Positions 56,346 through 64,000 of a DNA stretch of 64,000 nt are shown one piece after another. Under the pieces are notes generated by a model, which worked only from the letters and a program-made list of their open reading frames with translations, had not been told where the DNA came from and searched no databases. Origin of the DNA: Alphaproteobacteria bacterium (lineage in GTDB: Bacteria; Pseudomonadota; Alphaproteobacteria; UBA7887); assembly GCA_965216755.1 (NCBI GenBank), contig CBDCGL010000011.1:4128001-4192000 (forward strand), read 5' to 3'. The position numbers were made by a program, and so were the translations under genes. Each line of letters begins with the position of its first letter. Position 1 is the stretch's first letter.

Positions 56346-57608
56346 ATGGACGGCGCGCAGCCACCAACCGGTTCTGCTGACAAACCGACTCTGCGGCGCA
56401 GCCTGTCTTTGCCGCTGCTCGTCCTGTTTGGACTGGGCACGACCATCGGAGCCGGTATTTATGTGTTGCTGGGCGAGGTCGTCGGGCGCGCTGGGGTCTT
56501 CGCCGCGGTAGCGTTTTTGGTTGCATCGGTACTCGCCGGAATCAGCGGTTTCAGTTTCGCGGAGCTGTCAGCGCGTTTTCCGCGCAGTGCGGGCGAAGCG
56601 CTCTACGTGCGTCATGGCCTAAATTCGCGGACATTGGCATTGGTGGTTGGGCTGATGGTGGTCTTTGCCGGCTCGGTGTCGTCGGCGGCCATCGTCCACG
56701 GGTTTGCCGGTTATGCGCGTGAGGTGGTCGACCTTCCCCGCGACCCCATCGTTGTCGCGGCTATAATCGCGCTGGGCGCCGTGACCGTGTGGGGTATACG
56801 AGAGTCTGTTTCTTTGGCGGCGATCCTGACGGCATTCGAAATCGCCGGATTGGTGCTGGTGATTGGCGCCGGCGCGTGGGCGGTGAGTACTCACGGGCCG
56901 GTTGTCCAGACCGAGACATTCAGCTCCTTAGGCGCGGCGGGGCTGGGCATTGGCAGTGCCGCCGTTTTGGCGTTTTACGCGTTTATTGGGTTCGAGGATC
57001 TGGTCAACGTTGCCGAAGAGGTTCGCGACGTGGAACACGCCATGCCACGGGCCATCCTCTGGACGCTGGCGGCGACCCTGGTCCTGTATGTCGCTGTCGC
57101 GTTGGTGGCTGTCGCGGTGGCGCCGATCGATGGATTGCGCGCCAGTGAGGCCCCGCTTGCCTACGTATTTGTCATGGCCAGCGGGCGTTCCGGCGCGGTG
57201 ATCGTTGCGATCGGGCTGTTTGCGGTGGTCAATGGGGCGCTGATCCAAATGATCATGGCGTCGCGTGTGCTTTATGGGCTGTCGGCTTTGGGTTGGTTAC
57301 CGGGGCCGTTCGGTCGGATTTACCCGCGCACCCGTACGCCTGTCGTTGCGACAGTGTTTGTTGTCGGCGTTATGACAGTGCTCGCGCTGTGGTTGCCGCT
57401 GGTACGGTTGGCTGAATTGACGTCGATCGCGACGTTGATAATTTTCACGCTCGTCAATCTGGCACTTTGGCGACTCAAGCGCCAGGCTGTGCCGGCGGAC
57501 GCCGCAACCGCCCGGCCGCGCTTCACGGTGCCGATTTGGGTGCCGGTTCTGGGCAGCATTGTCAGCGCGGGATTCGTCGTATACGGGGTTTGGGCTTACC
57601 TGTTGTAA
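56346..57608 (+). CDS. APC-family amino acid permease
   Basis: GLGTTIGAGIY, FAELSARFP.SAGE and FYAFIGFEDLVNVAEE motifs. Confidence 0.9.
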   Translation: MDGAQPPTGSADKPTLRRSLSLPLLVLFGLGTTIGAGIYVLLGEVVGRAGVFAAVAFLVASVLAGISGFSFAELSARFPRSAGEALYVRHGLNSRTLALVVGLMVVFAGSVSSAAIVHGFAGYAREVVDLPRDPIVVAAIIALGAVTVWGIRESVSLAAILTAFEIAGLVLVIGAGAWAVSTHGPVVQTETFSSLGAAGLGIGSAAVLAFYAFIGFEDLVNVAEEVRDVEHAMPRAILWTLAATLVLYVAVALVAVAVAPIDGLRASEAPLAYVFVMASGRSGAVIVAIGLFAVVNGALIQMIMASRVLYGLSALGWLPGPFGRIYPRTRTPVVATVFVVGVMTVLALWLPLVRLAELTSIATLIIFTLVNLALWRLKRQAVPADAATARPRFTVPIWVPVLGSIVSAGFVVYGVWAYLL

Positions 57609-58353
57609 GGCAGAAACCGTTGCCAGTGCCATTCCGCTTGCCGGTTCGCGCAATCCGGGTTCGCATTTCGCCAGTCACCTGCCCGCCACGGACGGCAAGC
57701 CGAACATGGCGCGGCAAGCGCTCAGCGGCCCGCGAAAACGCCCGCCGTGCCATATCGCCAACGGTCAAAACCGTTTTGATGTCGGCACGCTGACGAAACA
57801 TCTGGTCGCGCGCCGGCCTGGGCGGACGCGAGTCTATGTCGCAGCGCACGAGTGCCCGGCGCCGGTTGGTGCGCCGAAATCGTACGCCGCTAGGACGCGG
57901 TACCTGGGGCGACCCAGCACGCGTATGATTGTAGGAGCCGGGCGGCAAGCACAACCAGTGCTCCATACGATCTGGCATTTCGTTAGTCTGGTTTCAGTAT
58001 GCATGCGGTGCAAGGGGGGCATCGCGCGGCGACGGAACGTTGACCCAGCGGCTGCTACCCCTGAATGGCAATTGGCGAGAATTTTCGAAAAATACCTATA
58101 ATATTGATGGAGCGGTAACTAGATACTGTATAACATAGACATGATCGTTATAACATTTCTAAATTGGCTTGGTGGGCGCGCCAATTGAGTCCAAAACGGT
58201 GCCGTGACAATTTTGGGGCGACCACGATTTGCAGTGGCAAAGGGCCTGTCCACGCGTGAACAATGCTGGCGATGAAGATTCGGGGCGTCGCTCGCTCGAT
58301 TGCCGAGAATAGCTCGATCGCCGAGAAAAGAAGGTCAGGAAAGCTTTACACCT

Positions 58354-59136
58354 ATGTATGTTCACCCGCTCGGTTGGGACGCAGCGCCCGCCCGGGAAGC
58401 GTATGATCGACAGCAATCTCTGGTGCCGGGATTGTTGCCAGAATATTTTGTTGCCCGGGCCGACACGGAAGACCTGTTGCGGCAATGTTTCGCGCTCCGA
58501 TATCAGGTCTATTGTATTGAGAACCAGTTTGAGGATCCGACCGTAAACGTTGCTGGGTTGGAATCCGATATTTATGACGAGCAAGCGGTTCACGCGCTGG
58601 TTATTCATGTCAAGACTGGCATTCCAGTCGCGACCATAAGGCTTATCCTGCCGGTTGCTGCGGATAATCGGACATTGCCCTTTTTTGACGTGTGCGATCA
58701 CCTGCGATTTGAAGATTTTTGTATCGCGGCGGGCGAACTCGGAGAGATGTCGCGGTTCGCAATCGGCAAGGCTGCGCGACGATTGTCCATGCCGGCCTCA
58801 AACGAGCAAGAGCGGGTCGCGCTGGATCCGTTGGGGCGTCTGCGGACGGATGGTCGAATTGCGCCGACCGTCGGGTTGGCGAGCGCGGTCGTTCGGCTTT
58901 GCGTGGAGAACAATGTTCATTACGTTTGCGGTTTGAGCAGTCGCGGTGTTCTCCGGCGCATGGGAGCCCTGGGGATCAAGTTTGACACCATTGGGCCGGA
59001 GGTCGATCATCATGGTTTGCGGTATCCGACCATGACGAATGTGGCCAAGCTCTTGGATGAGACCGCGCGCCTACAACCGGACGTTTGGCGCCTTATGTCG
59101 TGCGATGGCACGTTACGGAATGTCTTGCATCGGTAA
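58354..59136 (+). CDS. N-acyl amino acid synthase, FeeM/exosortase-associated acyltransferase family (LuxI-like GNAT fold)
   Basis: LRYQVYC.E..FE, LE.D.YD..A.H.L, T.RLILP, E.SRFAI and IGPEVDHHGLR.P motifs. Confidence 0.8.
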   Translation: MYVHPLGWDAAPAREAYDRQQSLVPGLLPEYFVARADTEDLLRQCFALRYQVYCIENQFEDPTVNVAGLESDIYDEQAVHALVIHVKTGIPVATIRLILPVAADNRTLPFFDVCDHLRFEDFCIAAGELGEMSRFAIGKAARRLSMPASNEQERVALDPLGRLRTDGRIAPTVGLASAVVRLCVENNVHYVCGLSSRGVLRRMGALGIKFDTIGPEVDHHGLRYPTMTNVAKLLDETARLQPDVWRLMSCDGTLRNVLHR

Positions 59137-59255
59137 GACATCACGGCTGTGACTCTGGCAATGTTTCGTGTGAGAAGCTTTTCGGTAAGTCTGTACTGTA
59201 AAACGCAGGTTTGTCAGTTGGTAACTTCGCCAGTCGAAACCACTGTGGAAATCCA

Positions 59256-60905
59256 GTGAGTGATCCCATCCCTGCTGCCGCCTTGCCGGAAAGTCCACGG
59301 TTTGTCGACTTGGCTCGTGCCATCGCGCATTGGCGGCGCCGTTTGGGTGACGACGCGGTTCTCGTTGAATCGGCCTGCCGTCCGTATGAGGCCAATTGCA
59401 TAGGCTTGCGGCGCTCGATACCCGTTGTTCTGCGGCCGCGTGATGAAACGCAAGTTCGCGACGTTGTCCGAATTGCCAAGCAATGCAAGGTTTCGATTTA
59501 CCCGATCAGCACCGGAAAGAATTGGGGCTATGGGGCGGCCTTGCCGACGGCCGAGCGCTCGGTCGTGGTCGATTTGTCGCGGATGCGCCGGATAAAGGCG
59601 ATGGAGCCCGAGCTTGGTTTGGTGACTGTTCAACCCGGAGTGACGCAAGGCGACTTGCGGCAATATTTGGATAGGCACAACTTGCCGTTTATGGTTCCCG
59701 TGACCGGTGCGGGGCCGTCCTGCAGCTTGGTTGGGAATGCGCTTGAGCGCGGCTATGGGATTACACCGCACACCGATCATTTTCTGGCGGTTCGGTCATT
59801 GCGTGCGGTCTTACCCGATGGCCGCGTGTACCAGTCGGCACTGACCGAAGCGGGCGGTGCCCTGGTTGATGGCGCCCACAAGTGGGGTGTTGGACCTTAT
59901 CTCGACGGATTGTACAGCCAGGGCGGTTTTGGTGTGGTCACGGAGATGACCATTGCATTGGCATCGGTTCCCGAACGTGTCGATGTGTTCACGATGGCGA
60001 TAGAGAACGACGATGACTTGGGCGAGATTGTCGATGCCGTTCGCGACTTGCTGCAAAGGTCGGGCGGCGCCATCGGTGGCATCAACCTGATGAACCGTTT
60101 AAGGCTCCTGTCGATGCTTCAGCCCTATCCCTGGCAACATGTGCCGCCTGGGGGCGTCATCTCAGACAGGTTGGCCGAACGCCTTGGCCGCGAAGCGCGG
60201 TTGCCCGCTTGGATGGGGCTTGGGGCTATTTACGGCGATCACGAGGTGGTTGCGGGGCTTCGCCAAGCAATGCGGCGGCGGTTCCGCGGGCTCTCGAAAG
60301 ACGTCAGGTTTGTTTCCCGGCGCAGCCTCCAATTGACCCGATGGATTGGCGGCCGCGTTCCAGGTAGGTTCGGGCGGATCCTGCGCCAACGCTTTCTCAT
60401 GGCGTCGGAAATTTTGGGCATTGCGTCCGGCGTCCCGAGTGAAACACCACTTCGGCTTGCATACTGGAAATCGGCGACGCCGATTCCAACCATGGGATCG
60501 TTGGATCCCGCGCGAGACGGATGTGGCATTGTTTGGTTTGCGCCACTGGTGCCGATGCGGTCGCGGGACGTCCGCAAGTACGTCGCGTTGGTCGGCGATG
60601 TGTGTCGGGGCTACGGGGTCGAGCCGCTAATTACCCTGACAACTGTTTCGAACCAGTGTTTCGACAGTACGATTCCGATTTTGTTTCAAGGCGACGATGG
60701 GGGCGAAACAGCGCGCCGCTGCTATGAAGACTTGTTTTCAGCATGTCAAAAGCACGGATATCTGCCCTATCGGATGAATGCGGGCTCGATGCCCTTATAT
60801 ACCGGCAATCGAGAGTCGACATATTGGCATACGGTACAAGAGCTTAAAGCCGCTCTTGATCCGGAGGGCATCTTCTCGCCCGGACGATACGCGCCGACTT
60901 TTTAG
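59256..60905 (+). CDS. FAD-binding oxidoreductase, VAO/p-cresol methylhydroxylase family (FeeG-like)
   Basis: PIST.GKNWGYG, VQPGVTQ, GNALERGYG.TP, GPYLDGL..Q..FGVVT and K.ALDP.GI.SPG motifs. Confidence 0.85.
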   Translation: MSDPIPAAALPESPRFVDLARAIAHWRRRLGDDAVLVESACRPYEANCIGLRRSIPVVLRPRDETQVRDVVRIAKQCKVSIYPISTGKNWGYGAALPTAERSVVVDLSRMRRIKAMEPELGLVTVQPGVTQGDLRQYLDRHNLPFMVPVTGAGPSCSLVGNALERGYGITPHTDHFLAVRSLRAVLPDGRVYQSALTEAGGALVDGAHKWGVGPYLDGLYSQGGFGVVTEMTIALASVPERVDVFTMAIENDDDLGEIVDAVRDLLQRSGGAIGGINLMNRLRLLSMLQPYPWQHVPPGGVISDRLAERLGREARLPAWMGLGAIYGDHEVVAGLRQAMRRRFRGLSKDVRFVSRRSLQLTRWIGGRVPGRFGRILRQRFLMASEILGIASGVPSETPLRLAYWKSATPIPTMGSLDPARDGCGIVWFAPLVPMRSRDVRKYVALVGDVCRGYGVEPLITLTTVSNQCFDSTIPILFQGDDGGETARRCYEDLFSACQKHGYLPYRMNAGSMPLYTGNRESTYWHTVQELKAALDPEGIFSPGRYAPTF

Positions 60906-61302
60906 CCGACACTTGGCGGATGCGGTCTGTACATAGACCACATCGCGCCTGTGTTGGTCGTCCACACTTCGTCGCATTTATCCAAAATTCGAATGACTTG
61001 CGCGCCGTCATATTTTTCGCCGGCACGAACGGCCTTTAGCTCTTATTCACCACTTTTCTCTAGCTTTCTGCGATAGCCGCATAGCCGCGGATGCGGCTGT
61101 GAGGTGCACCACTTTTGGTGCGCCATTGTGAGTCGGGCTGCCAATGACGGACATATTCATCGTGGGGCGATCAAAACGCCAAGGCCAATAGCCTGCTGAA
61201 GCGGAACCCGCCCATTCCGTTTGAGCACGGGCGATTGATCAAGCCGGGCCATGGGGTGCTGAGGCTGGTGCAATTCTTGACAAATTCCCGATCGCGAATG
61301 GC

Positions 61303-63801
61303 GTGTTACTGGGGTTGATGATGCGTTTGCCCGCGGTGGCGAAAATCTTCGAGAGGCAAGGCAAACGGCGCGCGGGCGCGGACGGCTCGGGGTTTGACAG
61401 CGAGATCCGACAAGCGCTGACCCAGCGGCTGTTCAGCGACGTTGCCGGCAATTTCTTCGCCAATTTCCTGAGCGCTGGCGTTATCGCGGCTGTTTTCTGG
61501 AAAACGACCCCGAGTCATTCCCTGGTCGCGTGGTTTGCCTTGTCCCAGGTCATTAATGCCACGGGTGCCCTTGTCGTGATCGCCTTTCACCGTCGGCAAC
61601 ATCTGCTCGAATTGCGGCAATGGGTCGATGTGTTCTCGGTCTATGTCGCGCTTGACGCGATTATGTGGGGTCTCTCAGCATTCATCTTCATAAATGTCGA
61701 TGACCCCATTCGTGCATCTTTTCTGATTATAAATCTGCTCGCAAATGTGGCCGGTGCAACGACCTCGTTTGTTACATTTCGGCAAATGTTCATTATTTTC
61801 AATACTATTGCTGTATTGATGGTAGGTATAACATTATTGTTTTCTGGGAATCTAATATTTGTTGTCTTGGCCCCGCTATCGTTAGTTTATTGGTTTATTA
61901 TGTTTAATCTTGGGACAAGATTTAATAAGAACATTATTACAAGTCTCCGACTTCAATTCGAACTGCAGGAAAGCGAAGCGGAACTCAAGCAAAGCAGGGA
62001 TTTCCTGGAAGAGCGTGTCCAGGAACGTACCCACCAACTGAGCGATCTGAACCAGGAACTCTCGAAACGCGAGGCGCTCTATCGCGCCGTGGTTGAGGTT
62101 CAAAGCGAGCTTCTGTTTCGCTTCACGCCAGCCGGCAACCTGACCTTCGCCAATGAGGCGTTTTGTCGCTTTTTCGGTATTCCGGCGGCAGCGATTGCCG
62201 AATCCAGCCTCGGTCCCGACGGCACGGCCGGTGTTCTGGCAGCCAATACCGCATCACAGCTGAGGGAAATGGCCCAAAACCTAACGCAAGCGACGCCGGC
62301 GGCGACCACCGAATCCCACGGTCCGAGCGCTGATGGCCGCACGCGTTGGTTGTTGTGGACGCTCAAGGGGCTGTTTAACGACAACGGCACGGCGGTCGAG
62401 TGCCAAGGCGTCGCGATCGACATCACCGAACGCAAGGAAGCCGAACGCCACATCGCCTTCATTGCTCATCACGACGCGCTGACCGGCCTGCCCAATCGTC
62501 ACCTGTTCCGCGAGCGTCTTGAACAAGCGACCGGTGCAGACAGCCACGGCCAGGCCGCCGTTGTCATGCTCGATCTGGACGGTTTCAAGGAGATCAACGA
62601 CTCGCTCGGACACGTCAATGGCGACGTCTTGCTGTGCCAGGCCGCCAGCCGCATTCAAAACTATTGCGGCACCGATGCGACGGTGTCGCGACTTGGCGGC
62701 GACGAATTCGGCGTGATCATGCGCAACGTTGAATCCGACGATGCTGTAGCTATCATTGTTGAGCGTATTATTCAACAACTAGAGATGCCGATCGAGATCG
62801 AAGGACATTGGGTCCGCGTTGGCGCCAGCGCCGGCATCGCCATGTATCCCGGTGACGCGACGCTGCCCGACCAACTGATCAAGAATGCTGATTTGTCTTT
62901 GAATCGGGCAAAAGAACGGGGCCGGGCCACATACGTTTTCTACTCCAGCGATTTGGCCATGGAAGCCGAGCGCCGCATCCGCATCATTACAGGCTTGCGC
63001 CACGCGCTGGAAAGTGACGCGCTCGACCTAGCCTTTCAACCGAAGATACGGATCGAAGATGGTAAGGTCGTCGGCAGCGAAGCGCTGGTCCGCTGGACAG
63101 ACAAAATCGAAGGGCCGATTTCGCCTGCCGAGTTCATTCCGATCGCGGAGACCGCCGGGCTCAGCGTTCCGATTGGCGATTGGGTTGTGCGCAATGTGTG
63201 TCGGCAACTGGCCGCGTGGCGCGACGCGGGCCATCCTTTGTTGCCAGTCTCCGTAAATCTCTCGGCCGTTCAGTTTTCGGACCAAAAATTACTTAGTAAA
63301 GTAAATGATGCGCTTTCGGATTATCAGGTCGCGCCACACATCATCGAATTCGAAATCACCGAAACCGCGCTAATGACCGATATGGCGCAGGCGTTGGAAA
63401 CCATGGAGGCTTTGGTCGGCATCGGGTTCAAATTGTCGATCGATGACTTTGGCGTTGGATATTCTTCATTTGGCTATCTGCGTTCCATGCCGGTGTCGGT
63501 CATCAAGATCGATCGAACGTTCGTCAGCGATGTGGTGCAGAACGAGGAAAGCCACGCCATTTTGCGCGCGATGATCGATTTGGGCCACAGTCTGGGCTTG
63601 CGCGTCTTGACAGAAGGCGTTGAGACGCTTGAGCAATACGTGGTTTTGGAAGCCATCGGCTGCGACATGGTGCAAGGATATTTCACCGGACGGCCGGCGC
63701 CGGCCGAACAGTTTATGGCAGCGACGGAGGCACGTGGTTTCAGCGAGCCGGGTCACACCATGGCGGTTGCGTCGACCACCAAATTGTTGATGCACAGCTA
63801 A
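61303..63801 (+). CDS. Membrane-anchored PAS-GGDEF-EAL diguanylate cyclase/phosphodiesterase
   Basis: About 6 TM helices, coiled coil, PAS/PAC (DITERK), HD.LTGLPNR, GGDEF, EALVRW and DDFGVGYSS. Start codon uncertain. Confidence 0.92.
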   Translation: MLLGLMMRLPAVAKIFERQGKRRAGADGSGFDSEIRQALTQRLFSDVAGNFFANFLSAGVIAAVFWKTTPSHSLVAWFALSQVINATGALVVIAFHRRQHLLELRQWVDVFSVYVALDAIMWGLSAFIFINVDDPIRASFLIINLLANVAGATTSFVTFRQMFIIFNTIAVLMVGITLLFSGNLIFVVLAPLSLVYWFIMFNLGTRFNKNIITSLRLQFELQESEAELKQSRDFLEERVQERTHQLSDLNQELSKREALYRAVVEVQSELLFRFTPAGNLTFANEAFCRFFGIPAAAIAESSLGPDGTAGVLAANTASQLREMAQNLTQATPAATTESHGPSADGRTRWLLWTLKGLFNDNGTAVECQGVAIDITERKEAERHIAFIAHHDALTGLPNRHLFRERLEQATGADSHGQAAVVMLDLDGFKEINDSLGHVNGDVLLCQAASRIQNYCGTDATVSRLGGDEFGVIMRNVESDDAVAIIVERIIQQLEMPIEIEGHWVRVGASAGIAMYPGDATLPDQLIKNADLSLNRAKERGRATYVFYSSDLAMEAERRIRIITGLRHALESDALDLAFQPKIRIEDGKVVGSEALVRWTDKIEGPISPAEFIPIAETAGLSVPIGDWVVRNVCRQLAAWRDAGHPLLPVSVNLSAVQFSDQKLLSKVNDALSDYQVAPHIIEFEITETALMTDMAQALETMEALVGIGFKLSIDDFGVGYSSFGYLRSMPVSVIKIDRTFVSDVVQNEESHAILRAMIDLGHSLGLRVLTEGVETLEQYVVLEAIGCDMVQGYFTGRPAPAEQFMAATEARGFSEPGHTMAVASTTKLLMHS

Positions 63802-63812
63802 TTATGTCTCAC

Positions 63813-64000
63813 CTAGGCTGGCTCGCCGACAGTGTCCTCGACGCGGCAGTTCGGTTCGGGTGCGATCTGGCCCAATCGCTCGACAATCTCTAAACCATCG
63901 ACACCACCCCGGGCGGCCACCACGTTCATGGTCACATGTTGGGAGGCTGAGTCGATCGTTGCCGGTCCCGTTGGCGTGTCAAATGTCAGGCCGCGCAGCC
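63813..64000 (-). CDS. C-terminus of an ABC substrate-binding protein (AmiC/UrtA-like); 5' part lies outside the window
   Basis: Manual translation: LRGLTFDTPTGPATIDSASQHVTMNVVAARGGVDGLEIVERLGQIAPEPNC...stop. Confidence 0.6.
   Translation of the reverse strand, partial: LRGLTFDTPTGPATIDSASQHVTMNVVAARGGVDGLEIVERLGQIAPEPNCRVEDTVGEPA

Noticed and set aside
57559-58300. ORFs in the region between the permease and the acyltransferase
   Set aside because: No family motifs and atypical composition; more likely a regulatory region.
58354-59136. LuxI-type AHL synthase
   Set aside because: The motifs (RYQVYC, GPEVDHHG) fit the FeeM/exosortase-associated acyltransferases better, and no luxR is adjacent.
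1-64000. CRISPR arrays, tRNA/rRNA genes, integrases, reverse transcriptases
   Set aside because: None recognised by eye; a tRNAscan/Infernal/CRISPR search would be needed to exclude them formally.

Overview
A 64-kb, GC-rich, accessory-type region, probably from an alphaproteobacterium (inferred from gene content). It is dense in cofactor and redox genes. From left to right: (i) a periplasmic PQQ-dependent alcohol dehydrogenase carrying the lanthanide-type W-D-x-D motif, with a cytochrome c and a LivJ/LivH-type ABC transporter; (ii) a complete F420 biosynthesis operon (fbiC, npdG, cofE, cofD, cofC) with F420-dependent enzymes, a CoA transferase and a URO-D/MtaA-like protein, bordered by an IS3 remnant; (iii) a di-heme oxidoreductase, DUF1847, a caspase-SH3-DUF1566 protein, antiporters, an adenylate cyclase and a MaoC/racemase/DUF35/thiolase-fold operon; (iv) the best candidate for an undescribed system, a pqqA-pqqD-pqqE locus with no pqqB or pqqC, flanked by a divergent M48 protease, a split PuuD-like membrane protein, a SerC paralogue that has lost its phosphate-binding His-Arg residues, a second radical SAM/SPASM enzyme and a cytochrome b561; this suggests an alternative (perhaps O2-independent) route to PQQ or to a PQQ-like RiPP cofactor; (v) PPK2, a sugar ABC transporter, an orphan histidine kinase and several small enzymes; (vi) a FeeM-like N-acyl amino acid synthase paired with a FeeG/PCMH-like flavoprotein next to a membrane GGDEF-EAL protein, a possible lipid-signal module. 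No rRNA, tRNA or CRISPR array was seen. All functional calls come from motif recognition by eye; no database searches were run.
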